Shown: positions 1 through 10,941, numbered from the stretch's first letter. The stretch: 61,292 nucleotides of DNA from Candidatus Sulfotelmatobacter sp. (GCA_049509155.1 JBELAE010000001.1:1-61292), one strand, 5' to 3'. Made by a program: numbers and translations. The notes: generated from the sequence alone by a model not told the origin.

Positions 1-805
1 GTGGTTGTTGGCGTCCGTGATGGAGAGCAGGTTGTCTTCCGTGTCGTAGGCGTATTGCGTGTTGTTGAGTGCCGGATCCGTGACCTCGGTCAGACGGTCG
101 GCGGTGTCGTAGGTGTAGGTCGTGGTCTTGTTGTTCTGGTCGGTTGCTGTAATGCGGCGGCCGCGGGCGTCATAGGTGAAGCTGACCGTCGAGCCGTCGG
201 GATAGCTGATGCTGAGTAGGCGGCTCATGATGTCATAAGTGAAGCTGGTCGGATGAGAAGGCCCGTTAACGGGATCGATCACGGCCGTGCGGTTGCCGCG
301 CGGGTCGTACTGGTAGCTGGTGACGTTGTTCTGCGCGTCGGTGATCGTGGCGATCAAGCCGGTCGACGTGTAGGTCAGCTTCGTCACGTTGTTGTTGGGG
401 TCGGTGATCTGAGTCAGTTCGCCGTTGGTGGCGTATTGGAATTGCGTCACGCTGGCCGGGATATTGCTGCCGGGCTGAGGCGCGGTGACGGTCAGAAGGT
501 TGCCGTGGGCATCGTAAGTGTTGGTGGTGACGTTGCCCAGGGGATCGGTCATGGTCAGCACTTCGCCGAAGCTATTGTAGGTGTACGAGGTCGTCTGCGT
601 GGTGCTGGTGTTGAGCGGCTTCGACGTCGATGTCACGTCGTTCGTTGAGTCGTAGGTACCGTCGCCGACGTTGGTGATGTTGCCGCGCATGGTGCACGTG
701 ACACAACCGGGCCCCTGCGAGGCCGCATTGAACCACTGGCCGCCCTGGTTCTGGAATGCGTAGGTGGTCTGGTTGCCGAGTGAGTCCGTAAGCACCGTCG
801 CGAGA
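1..805 (-). repeat. YD/RHS repeat region at the C-terminal side of the giant ORF
   Basis: The minus-strand translation reads ...SFTYDARGRRITATDQNNKTTTYTYDTADRLTEVTDPALNNTQYAYDTEDNLLSITDANNH at the window edge. The transition from the last IPT unit (...SPSWFNTN) to LATVLTDSLGNQTTYAFQNQGGQWF lies at about 805-815. Confidence 0.8.
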
Positions 806-3800
806 TTGGTATTGAACCATGACGGGGACGTGGCGGAGAGTCCGCCGACGGTCACCGTGAGCGGCCCGGTACCGGCGTCGATCGGCACCCAGAGCACGAT
901 CTGCGTATCGCTCCAGCTGACGATCGTTGGCGCAGTCTGGCTCATCCAGAAATTGACAGTGCTGTTGCTCTGTGTTGCTCCGAAACCGGTGCCGAGGATC
1001 GTGACGGGTGAGATGACTCCATTCACGAATGGCCCGGAAGTCGGCGAGAGCGATGTAATCGTCGGCGGTTGCTCGACGGTGAAGGGCACGCTGTTGCTGG
1101 AGATCGTCCCAACTTCCACGGTCACCGGGCCGCTAGTGGCGTTGGACGGAACCTGTACGCTGAGGCTGTTGGCGGTGCTGGTGGACGCAACGTAGCCCGC
1201 GACTCCATTGAAGAAAATCTGCGTCGTCAAACCTTGCGCGGTCAGACCCGATCCGTTCACCGTGATGGTTGCCCCGGCCGCGCCGGAGGCAGGTGACAGG
1301 CTGCCGATCGCCGGATTGGTGACGGTAAAGATGGCGTTGTTGTTGCTCGGGACGGAGTTCTCCACGATCGTCACTGGCCCGCTGGTGACGGTGCCGGGAG
1401 CGACGGCGACGATATAGCCGGTGCTCCATTCCGTCACGGTCGCCGGCACTCCGTTAAAACTAACTGTGCTGCTGCCCTGGCTGCTGCCAAAGTTTGTTCC
1501 GTAGATCGCAACCGTGGTTCCCGCGACGCCCGAAGGCGGCGAGAGCTGACTGATCGTCGGTGTGGGTATAAGAGTAAATGGCGACGTGGCCTCGTACCCA
1601 TTCACCAAAACCTGAACGCTTCCAGTCTCCGCGCTTGCCGGCACGATTGCCTGGATCGAGGTTGGGCTCTGGCTGATGATGGTGGCCGGAGGAGCGGGAT
1701 ACACGTTCTCGCTGAAATACACCTGCAGTGAATCGTAGGAGTCACCGAAGTTGGTGCCGCTGATCGTGATCGTGGACCCGATTGTCGCGGAGGACGGGTT
1801 GAGGCTCGTAATCGTTGGAGTCGCGTACACCGTAAAAGGAACGCTGTTGCTGGCAACGCCATTTGCAGTTACTACGACGGGCCCGGAAGTCGTCCCCATG
1901 GGCACCGTGACAGCGATCTCGACGTCTGACCAACTTGTGGGTGTCACTGGAACACCGTTGAACTTAATGGTGCTCGAACCTTGCGTCGGGCCAAAGTACA
2001 TTCCTTCGACGTTGACACTGGAGCCCGCTTGGGCCGCCGACGGAGAGATCGTGATCACGTTAGGCGCGGGCTCCGTCGCAGCCTGCAGGGTCGTGAAGTA
2101 CTGACGCGTGTCGGTGAGAGTGTGGCCTTCGAGGTCGGTAATGCTGCCCGTTAGTTCAACCACGTAAAAGGTCAGCGAGTCGAGTTGCTGGCTGGGCGTA
2201 AAGGTCGCGGTGAGACCATTCGCCGCGACTGCGATCGTTCCCGGCATCGGGATCGACGTGCTTGCGGGATAAACAAGGAATGTGGTCGAAAGAACGGTGA
2301 GCGGGTCGATGGGTTTGTTGAACTGCACCTGCACGGTGGACGACGTAGAAATGCCCGTACTGTAGTTCGTCGGGGTAATACTGACCAGTTGCGGCAAAGA
2401 AACATCCGGGGAGACTCCGGTTGTGAAGCTCGACGAGGCTGGAGTCGCCAGCACGTTGCCGCTGATGTCTTTCACACCGGCGACGTTGACCGTGTATTGC
2501 GTCGACGGCGCCAGAGGAACAACCGGAACAAGACCCGCCAACTGGTTCCCATTGGTAATGGTCACTGCCGCCGCAACCAGGCCGCCTGGGCCAGTCAGCG
2601 TCAACCCACTGAGCGTCGCGGGATCGATGGGTTCGTTGAAGCCAACAGCCACTTGAGCATTGGTCGGCACGGTCGCACTGTTGGACGGGCTGATTCCCGT
2701 AACTTGCGGCCCATTTGTGCTCGAGGTTGTACCGGTAGTGAAGTTGAAGTTCCCCATCACGCCGGTTACGGCGCTGTTCAGGGTGTTGCCCGCGAGGTCG
2801 GACATGCCGTCGAGAGCATAGACGTAGTAGTGATGGTTCGCGGTCAAGGGCGCAGACGGGATCAGCGTGATCGTGCGGCCATCCGTACTCACCGAGTAGG
2901 TCGCAGTTACTTGCACGACGCTGGTGGTTTCGTCATACATAGGGAACGTATTGCTGTTGACGGTTCCCGGGTCAATGGGTTCGTTCGTCTGCACCTGCAT
3001 GATCGCGTTCAGAGGCACATTCGTCGGCGGGTAATAAGGATTAGTTTGCAGCGGGCTCGCCCACACGATGACCGGTGGCACGACATCTGGACCGGTGCCG
3101 GTGGTGAATGTTGTAGTCTGAGGCGCGATTGAGTTTCCGGCAACATCTGTAATGCCGGAGACGGTCAGCGTCATCAGCGTGTTGTCGGGGAGCGGTGCAT
3201 GCGGCACCAGCAGAACCATCTGGTTTCTGTTGCTGAAGCTGATCGAATCCGGAACAACGGTCATGCCTCCGCCGCTGAGTTGGATCGTGCTGCTATTGAT
3301 CGTCAGAGGATTGATCGGCTTGCTGAAGACCAGGCGAATGTTGGCGTTGTCCCCAACATTCGTCAAACCATTCGGCGGCGACGTAGTAACGATCGTGGGC
3401 ACGACGGTATCGGGGCCGCTTCCGGTGGTAAGTTGCAGGCCTCCGCCATATGACGCGATACCGTTTGTGCCCACCAGACTTGTGCTGGCATAACACTGCA
3501 CCGGCGTATTCGGTGGCAACGGCGAACGTGGGGCTACCTGGATGATAGTTCCGCCGTCAATCAGGCTGATGGCATTTTGGAACCAGGTACCGTTCTGATA
3601 GCAGAGAACGCTTGTGTCCGTAAGGGTGGCTGGATTCAGCGGCATGTTGAACTGCATATCCATGACGACGTTGGTCGGCACGTTGCCGATTCCGTAAGCC
3701 GGATTGCTCGCGATCTGCGATGCCGGAGTCGTGCTGAGATTTGCCACGGTCGTAAACGAACTTTGATAGGCGTTCATGTTCACGCCGTTGGAACTCTGCG

Positions 3801-6800
3801 CCGTACCATCAATGAACACCTGTACCACTTGACCGTTGGGGAACGGAGACGACGGCATGAATTGCACCGCTTGCCCGTTCTCGGAGACTTGTGTCGTCCC
3901 GGGTACCAGCACGCCGTTCATAGCCACGTGCAAAGCTCCGATCACCGACTCCGTGTTCATAGGCAGGCTGAAATAGAGAACGACGCTGTCATTGAGAGGC
4001 ACACCTGTCGCCCCAGCCGCCGGCCGTTGCGATACAAGGTAAGGAGCGGTTTGGCTGAGCGCCGGGCCCGTCGTGAATATGCTTTCGAACGGAGTCGCAG
4101 GGTTGCCGTAGAGATCAGTCACGCCGTTGCTCACAAGAACACTCACGGTGGCTGAGCCGGCCACTCCGTATGGGTTCACGGTGACAGTACGGTTATCGGC
4201 CGAAATGCTGATCGACGGGACTAGCGGAGTCCCGTTGACGAGTATCCCGATATTGCTGGAGGTGACGGTACTGGAATTGAGAGATTCAGAGAACGTCAGT
4301 ACGACCGCGGCATTCGTTCCGATTCCCGTCGCTCCGTTTTGCGGAGCCACACTGACCACCGTCGGTCCCGTCGTCGTGCTGCCGGAACCGGTGTAGAAGT
4401 AGCTCTCATACGAACTGCTTAGATTGCCCGACAGATCGGCGATTCCGTTGTAGGTGATTTGCACAAAGACCGTCGAGTTTGCGGGCAGCGGCGTAGCGGG
4501 CGTAAAGGTCAGAATCTTCCCGGTGGAATCCAGCGAGTAGGTTCCTGCCAGGTCTCCGCTGAAACCGCTCACTGAAACTGGCACAGTCGTGGTACTGACC
4601 GTCGTGAAATCGATCGGCTCATTGAAAGTCAGCACGATGGGGCTGCTGACGGAAACTCCCGTGGTGTAAGCGGCCGGGCTCATACTCGCGACGGCCGGCG
4701 TGGTTGTGTTGGCAGTGTTCGAAGTGCCGGTGGTGAAGGTACTGGTGAATGGAGTGATCAGGTTGCCTGCTTCGTCGGTCGCACCACTGACGCTCACCGT
4801 GTAGGTTGTGCTCGGCGACAGAAGAGACGTTGAAACGAAGCTGAGCGTCGTTCCGCTGCTGCTCAGGCTGACCGTGCCGGGTACCGAGACTCCACCCGCG
4901 GAGAGCGTGACTGTTCCGCTTCCCACACTGGTCCCACTCAAAACAGTGCTCACGTTGACATCGACGCGAATGTTGACCGGCGTTCCAGTTTCCCCGTTCG
5001 CCGGACTCACCAGCGTCACCGTCGGCGAGGTCGTATCGGAATTCGGGCCTGTGTAAAAGTAGGTTTCGTAGTATTGCAGCGGGTTGCCGGCAACGTCGGT
5101 AATGCCGTTGCTTGCGATCACGAGGTAGGAAGCCGACGGATAGAAAGGAGTCGTAGGTGTGAACGTCGCAGTCAGGCCGTTGGAAGAAACCGCGATTGTC
5201 CCCGGCGCATACGTATTCGTACCCGATGGGATGAGTTCGAACGTTGTGCTGGTCACGGTCAGCGGGTCAATGGGCTCACTGAACTCCAGCTGAATCTGGC
5301 TGTTCGTGGGCACACCAGTTGCATATGAGACGGGACTGGCGACACTCACTTTTGGCGTATTCGTGTTCGTCGTTGTGCCCGTCACAAAACTGTAAGTGGC
5401 AGGATTCGACAAGGCGAGACCACCAATGTCCGTCACCTGGCTGGTCACAGTCACGTTATAAGTCGCGCTGGCAGTGAGTCCTCCCGTAGGCGTGAATGTG
5501 AGCAACTCATTGCCATTCGACATGGCGACTCCGCCGGCAACCGGCTGTCCACCCGATTGCACCTGGAATCCGTTCGTCAGGCTGATGGGATCAATGGGCT
5601 TGCTGAAGCCGAGCACGATCAAGCCATTGGTGGGAACATTGGTCGCACCGTTGAATGGACTGATTCCTGCGACTTGGGGTTGCGTCGTGTCGGGGGAGAA
5701 TGACGTGGTGAAGCCGAACTCGATGCCGCTCCCGGTCAGGCTGTTCCCCGATGTGTCTTCAACCGACGGAGACAGGTACACCTGGAACTGGCGGCCCACG
5801 CCGAGAGGCTGCTGCGGAACAAAAGTCGCGATCGTTCCAGTGGCAGCGACTTCGACGGTGGCGGCCAGGTACACGCCGGCCGTGTCGTCATACACCGTGA
5901 AGTTTTGCGGCGTGAGCGTCGCCGGATCCATGGGCTTGGTGAACTGCGCCACGATCGGCGCGCTGGTTGGAATGTTCGAATTTCCGCTCTGCGGACTGGT
6001 CAGAACAATCTGCGGATTAGTAGTGTCTGTAGTCGAGCCAGTCGTGAACGTGCTTTGGAACTCGGGCGAAGTCTGTCCTCCGGCGACATTCGTGACGGCC
6101 ACTGAGTAGCTTGTGCTGGCTGCGAGATTTTGCGATGGTGCGAAGGTGATGGATAAGCCATCGTTCGACAGCGTCACTGTGCCGGTGATGCTCGTGCTTC
6201 CCTGCGACAGCGTGAGCGTGCCGGCAACGATCACACTCGACTGAACGGCTTGCGCCAGACGCACCACCACGCGGCCATTCTCAGGCACACTGGTAGCTCC
6301 GTTCGCCGGCTGCACCTGCACAACCGCGGGCAGGGTGCTGCTGACAACGGTCATCAAGACGCCATTGCTGGCGACTCCGCTGACTGTGACCACGACATTG
6401 CCCGTCGTCGCTCCGGTCGGCACAGCAGTAACGATAGACGTTGCGCTCCAGCTTGAAACCGATGCCGCAACACCGTTAAACGTGACAGTACTCGTTCCCT
6501 GGGTGGCGCCGAAGTTAACGCCGGTAATGGTGACCGATGTTCCCACGGTGGCCGAATTCGGCGAAACACCAGCGATATTCGGCGTCGTCAGCACGGTGAA
6601 AGACACGCCATTGCTGCTCAATCCATTCGCGGTGACAACCACGTTGCCCGTCGTGGCGCCATTGGGAACAGTCGCCACAATCGACGTCGCGCTCCAACTG
6701 GCGACCATTGCCGCGAAACCGTTGAAGCTGACTGAGCCCGATCCTTGCGTCGCGCCAAAATTCGATCCGTTGATCGTCACTGAGCTTCCGACCACTCCGG

Positions 6801-8403
6801 AGGTTGGAGAAAGGCTGCTGATGCTGGGGCCCTGCAGAACGGTGAATGACACGCCATTACTGCTCACACCGCTGGCGTGGACCACTACATTGCCCGTAGT
6901 CGCGGCCGTCGGCACCGTGGCCACGATCGATGTCGCGCTCCAACTCGCAATCGCGGCTGTCGTTCCGTTAAACGTGACCGAACCCGAGCCCTGGGTTGCG
7001 CCAAAGTTCGATCCGCTGATCGTCACCGCCGCTCCGGCCCCGCCGGATACAGGTGAAATACTGCTGATGTTGGGTGTCCCGAGAATCGTGAACGAAACGG
7101 CATTGCTCCAGACGCCGCTCGCGTACACGGCAATTCCGCTTTGCGGCCCCTGCGTCTGCGGCCCAAACACGCTGGGCACGGTGAACACGATCGAGGTCGC
7201 GCTCCAGCTGGTATATCCGATCTGGAATCCATTGAGCGAAATCGTGCCTGCTGATGCGCCAAAGCCCGTCCCCGTGATCGTGACGGTTGCGCCCACAGCT
7301 GCACCCGTTGGCGACACGCTTGCCACTACCGGAGTCGGCAGCACAGTAAACGACACACCATTGCTGGGCACTCCGCTGGCGTTGACGATGACGTTGCCGG
7401 TCGTCGCTCCGGTTGGCACCGTGACCGTGATCGAAGTCGCACTCCAGTTCGAAACCAGCGCCGATACTCCGTTGAATGTGACTGAGCCTGAGCCCTGCGT
7501 CGAGCCGAAGTTTGTGCCTGTAATCCCGATCGTCGCGTTGACTGCATCCGAGGTGGAGGACAGGCTGGTAATGCTCGGCGCTGGCAGCACCGTGAATGCA
7601 ACGCCGTTGCTGGCATTTCCGCCAACCGTAACGACTACATTTCCGGAGGTCGTTCCCGCCGGAATGAGGGCAACAATCGCGGTGGAGCTCCAACTCACAA
7701 TCGAAGTTACCGTCGTGGTGTTGAACTTCACCGTGCTCGATCCTTGCGAGGAGCCGAAGTTCAATCCGCTGATCGTGACTGCTGCGCCGATGGCAGCGGA
7801 CGACGGCGCCACACTGCTGATGCTCGGAAACACAGTGAAGAGCACGCCGTTGCTGTTAACGCCACTTGCGTACACCACAACATTACCCGTGGTCGCTCCG
7901 GTAGGCACTGTCACTTTGATCGACGTTGCTGCCCAACTCGTGACGGTCGCCGGCGTGCCGTTGAAACTTGCCGATCCCGTGCCTTGCGTCGAACCAAAAC
8001 TCGTTCCCGTGATGGTTACGGCTGTGCCCACTGCCCCGGATGTCGGAGACAACTTTGTAATGCTCGGAGCCGCTACTACTGTGAACTTCACGCCCTTGCT
8101 GGCTACGCCGCTGGTGTTGACCACGACGTTGCCTGTAGTAGCTCCAGTCGGCACAGTCGCGACAATCGAGGTCGCGCTCCAGCTCGTGATCGTCGCTTTT
8201 GTTCCGTTAAATGTGACCGTGCTGGTTCCCTGGGTTGCATTGAAACCCGAGCCCGCGATGGTCACTGACGCGCCGACTGCGCCTGTCGATGGAGACAGAG
8301 TAGTAATGGTCGGGGTCGGCAGAACAGTGAACGACACGCCGTTGCTCTCGACTCCGCTGGCGTTGACCACCACATTGCCCGTGGTCGGCTGTACCGCTAA
8401 TCG
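1..8403 (-). CDS. Giant Ig-like-repeat / RHS (YD-repeat) surface protein, 3'-partial (continues beyond position 1). It has no signal peptide in frame because of the frame break at about 8392-8403.
   Basis: I translated the minus strand in the frame whose codon first bases are multiples of 3. It opens after the TAA at 8404-8406 and I found no stop at the places I checked (8373, 6354, 2160, 780). No ORF in this frame appears in the track, which fits an ORF that runs off the window edge (edge-truncated ligA is also unlisted). It encodes IPT/TIG-type repeats (SVTITGVNFGATQGTSTVTFNGV..SWSATSIV..VPTGATTGNVVVTVSGVASNG), SbsA/Big_5-type domains (GPQVTGISPSNSATVPTNAQVAVGFNEPIDPATL...STQYTVNVAGVKDISGNVLATPASSSFTT) and YD repeats. 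Confidence 0.85.
806..2075 (-). repeat. IPT/TIG-type repeat array B (about 5 units)
   Basis: The translation shows repeated ..P.I.S.SP.SG..G..V.I.G.NFG..QG.S.V.FNGV......W.......VP....SGPV.V......SN...FTV units. The boundary to the Big_5 array (...YFTTLQAATEPAPNVITISP) was read at about 2064-2097. Confidence 0.7.
2076..6335 (-). repeat. Array of SbsA/Big_5-type bacterial Ig-like domains (roughly 13-14 units of about 100 aa)
   Basis: I translated 2401-2760, 4081-4200 and 6241-6340 directly. The recurring pattern is P.V....P.NGATGVP.N..I.L.FSEPIDP.T......L......V.G......T..TF.P...L......Y.V.V..GI.D.AGN.L......F.TG. Confidence 0.75.
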
Positions 8404-8926
8404 TTACTGACGCGCCCACGGCAGCCGACGATGGCGAAAGACTTGTAATATCTGGAGCCGGCAGAACGCTAAATGACACCCCGTTGCTGTACACACCGCT
8501 GGCAAATACAACGACGTTGCCCGTGGTCGCCCCGCTCGGTACCGTGACTTTGATCGACGTGGCCGCCCAACTGGTAATCGATGCAGACACGCCATTGAAC
8601 GTGACCGTTCCTTTCGTCGAGGTGAAGCTCGTTCCGGTAATCGTCACCGCAGCGCCGACCGCCCCTGAAGTTAGCGACAAGCTCGTGATACTCGGCGCGG
8701 CCACGACGGTAAAGGTCTTCGAGTTGCTGGCTGTTCCTCCGACCGTGACCACCACACCGCCGGTCGTCGCCCCGATGGGTACGATGGCCACGATGGAGGT
8801 CGCGCTCCAACTCGTGGTATTGAACTTGACCGTGCTCGTGCCCTGCGTTGAGCCGAAGTTCGTGCCCGTAATTGTGACGGACGCTCCTACGGCGCCGCTG
8901 GTCGGCGAGAGACTCGTGATGCTGGG
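6336..8926 (-). repeat. IPT/TIG-type tandem repeat array A (about 10 units of 77-88 codons). It spans the frame break at about 8392-8403.
   Basis: Repeats are visible directly in the 8207..9103 ORF (PSITSLSPTSGAVGASVTITGTNFGSTQGTSTVKF...ATTGGVVVTVGGTASNSKTFTVV) and in my translation of 6336-6600. The plus-strand 691-aa ORF 6335..8410 is the stop-free antisense shadow of this array. Confidence 0.8.
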
Positions 8927-9025
8927 AGCAGCGGCCAGCAGACTAGCCGGCAATATCATGCTGAGAAGCAGGAAGAAGGCGATACGGCACGAGATTCGAG
9001 TCACGATGCACCTCACGGCTGACAC
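8207..9025 (-). CDS. Signal peptide plus about 3 IPT/TIG repeats: the N-terminal fragment of the giant surface protein, out of frame after about 8392 (62 junk codons to the stop)
   Basis: ORF 8207..9103. The likely start is the GTG at 9025, 10 nt after AAGGAG, giving MSAVRCIVTRISCRIAFFLLLSMILPASLLAAA/PSITS, a typical signal peptide. After ...AAVGASVTISGT the sequence loses all repeat character (ADHGQCGGQRQRSREQ...). Confidence 0.7.
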   Translation of the reverse strand: MSAVRCIVTRISCRIAFFLLLSMILPASLLAAAPSITSLSPTSGAVGASVTITGTNFGSTQGTSTVKFNTTSWSATSIVAIVPIGATTGGVVVTVGGTASNSKTFTVVAAPSITSLSLTSGAVGAAVTITGTSFTSTKGTVTFNGVSASITSWAATSIKVTVPSGATTGNVVVFASGVYSNGVSFSVLPAPDITSLSPSSAAVGASVTISGTADHGQCGGQRQRSREQRRVVHCSADPDHYYSVSIDRRSRRVSDHRGLGFQCNPGNQHGHI

Positions 9026-9065
9026 GTTCGAGGATCTCCTTTTCAACTGCTTCACTTTCACTGCT

Positions 9066-10133
9066 TCACTGCGAGACGTAGACCTCGGCCGCGGGTACTC
9101 CAAAGGCGCAGGGCAAGGGATACTGCACGGTGATCGCCTCGGCTCCCAGCGCGCGAGACGACGTCAGGCCCTGGCCGCACGAGTTGTAGGTGTGGGACTC
9201 CAGCACTTTGCCGTTTGAATCGAGAACGGAAGTGATTCGAAAAGACGAGTCGAACTGAAATGACAATGTTGTGAGATCGGGCTCCGTGACCTGCGCCAGA
9301 TGTCCCAGGCCGTCATAGGTGTACTGCAGACTCACGCCGAAATCCGAAGTTACGCTGGTTACGAGATAGCTGGTCGGAGTTGCGTAAGAAAAGTAAAGAT
9401 GGTGAGAAGCGGCATCGGCGACGGTTGCCAGACGGTAAGAGGCGTCATAAGTCAGAGTGGTCGTGTTGCCATTGCGGTCCGTGATGGAGAGGAGCTTTCC
9501 GCTGAAATAGTCATAGACTCGCGTCTCGCCGTTTTGAAAAGCCAGCGTCCAGTTGGGCTGAGCCTGCATGACGATCTCACTGAGTTGGGCCGTCTGACTT
9601 GCTGGTGCGCCGACTGAGAAAGTGGGGTTTCCATTGCCATCCCATGTATTGAACCTGAACCACCAGGGGCTGCCGTCTCCGCGCAGCAAGGTAACAAAAT
9701 TCCCGGTGTCGACAAAAATGCTTTCCTCGTAAGTCGAGGTCCATTCGAAGCCAAACATACCCTGCGTCGATCGACTGGTGAAGGGGACACTGTGCCAGGT
9801 TCGCGAAAGCGTCAGGCCTCCTCCCAAGCCCGGAACCCTGACGTCGGTCTCCGTGATGTACGTGTCGCCGGTAGAAAGGTGAATAGGGCTGGCGCCCTGG
9901 GCGTCGCAGTACGGGCACGGCGGCGGGCAGATATTCAGTGAGCACTCCGCGGAAAAGGGGCCTACCGTAAAGCAGTCGTACGCGCCGGCCGGCAACGCCG
10001 GCAGGCAAGCCGCATAGTAGAGCGAATAACCTCCACAGCTAACCGGGACGATGCAGCTCTGCGCATGCAGCGCCGCACCGCAGCAGACGGCGATGACGAT
10101 AACAGCGAGGGGCAATACAAGTTTCTTGACCAC
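9066..10133 (-). CDS. Secreted RHS-family N-terminal module (Cys-rich region, DUF6531-type domain, a few YD repeats). It stops prematurely for an RHS shell.
   Basis: ORF 9066..10169. The likely start is the GTG at 10133, 7 nt after GGAGG (MVKKLVLPLAVIVIAVCCGAALHAQ). The motif PIHLSTGDTYITETDVRVPGLGGGLTLSRTWHS resembles the domain that precedes YD repeats in RHS proteins. YD-like repeats are present (TLTYDASYRLATVAD, LQYTYDGLGHLAQVTEPD, SNGKVLESHTYNSCGQ). Confidence 0.7.
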   Translation of the reverse strand: MVKKLVLPLAVIVIAVCCGAALHAQSCIVPVSCGGYSLYYAACLPALPAGAYDCFTVGPFSAECSLNICPPPCPYCDAQGASPIHLSTGDTYITETDVRVPGLGGGLTLSRTWHSVPFTSRSTQGMFGFEWTSTYEESIFVDTGNFVTLLRGDGSPWWFRFNTWDGNGNPTFSVGAPASQTAQLSEIVMQAQPNWTLAFQNGETRVYDYFSGKLLSITDRNGNTTTLTYDASYRLATVADAASHHLYFSYATPTSYLVTSVTSDFGVSLQYTYDGLGHLAQVTEPDLTTLSFQFDSSFRITSVLDSNGKVLESHTYNSCGQGLTSSRALGAEAITVQYPLPCAFGVPAAEVYVSQ

Positions 10134-10662
10134 GGTAAGACCTCCAGGTGGGACTGCTTGCTTACACATTGACTACACCCTTGGCGACAGGAGTCAGTGA
10201 GACACCAAGCCAGGCGGGCGATGCGTGCCCGCAAGCAATTACATGACTAGCGATTAAACCAGCGCTCTGCTCCTACGGAGACCGCTGTTTAGGGGAGGAC
10301 GCTGTTGCTACTGGGACGTTACTTACTACAGGACGAAGGCAACAAAGTCAATCGCAAGATTTCCACAAACAATAAATCCCCTCGGATTTCTGATTTCGTA
10401 ACAGCGTAAGAAGATATCTGACGCCCTGCCGCCAGCTCCCAAGGCATAACTTATGTATATACAACTGGTTATAGACTGGCGACAGCGCACTTCAGGCAGT
10501 GCACACTGAGATATGCAGAGCGAGACGCCGAGTGCTCCAAACAGTCGAATTTACGAAATGCGAACACCTAAATCAGTGACCACTAGCGGACGGTCACCGA
10601 CAATGGAATGACATGGACGGATAAGGGCGTAGCGTGTCTGCCGATCGCACCGAGCTCGGACG

Positions 10663-10941
10663 TTAAGTCGGACGGCTGGTGTCCGTCAGGATTGATTCGA
10701 TAATATCGGGTGCAGGGAAGGCGCACGAAGACTTCTCGACGTAACGCTCCGCCAGTCGTGCCAGGGATCTCATGTTCGGTGTTTTTCCCTGAATTAGCTG
10801 GATCTGATCTTCTCTTATGACAACTCGTTCGCAGGAAACAAGACAGCGGATGATCGCGAAGACCACGAAAGGAAGGGCAACTTGGCCGCGAATTTCTTCG
10901 CACCAGCTACTTGCCGCCGTAATCTCGTCGGAGCCGCCCAT
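10663..10941 (-). CDS. Hypothetical small protein (weak call)
   Basis: A 92-aa ORF with moderately GC-rich third positions and no motif I recognise. Only 34 bp separate it from the divergent 10976 start, which argues against both starts being real. Confidence 0.2.
   Translation of the reverse strand: MGGSDEITAASSWCEEIRGQVALPFVVFAIIRCLVSCERVVIREDQIQLIQGKTPNMRSLARLAERYVEKSSCAFPAPDIIESILTDTSRPT

Noticed and set aside
2185-6109. Plus-strand ORFs 2185..3132 (315 aa), 3577..4155 and 5474..6109
   Set aside because: They have Arg/Gly/His-rich or repeat-mirror compositions and overlap the minus-strand frame that encodes clean Big_5-type Ig domains. They are typical GC-rich shadow ORFs.
6335-8410. 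691-aa plus-strand ORF, the longest ORF in the track for this region
   Set aside because: Its product (TPLL..P..VTTTLPVVAP.GTV..I.VALQL...) is the mirror-image repeat of the minus-strand IPT units. It has no start context and no signal peptide, and the minus-strand reading gives canonical IPT/TIG repeats. It is an antisense shadow of a tandem coding repeat.
6336-8926. Regular repeats of about 260 nt that could superficially suggest a CRISPR or satellite array
   Set aside because: The period is far too long, there are no unique spacers, and the repeats are in frame and encode Ig-like domains.
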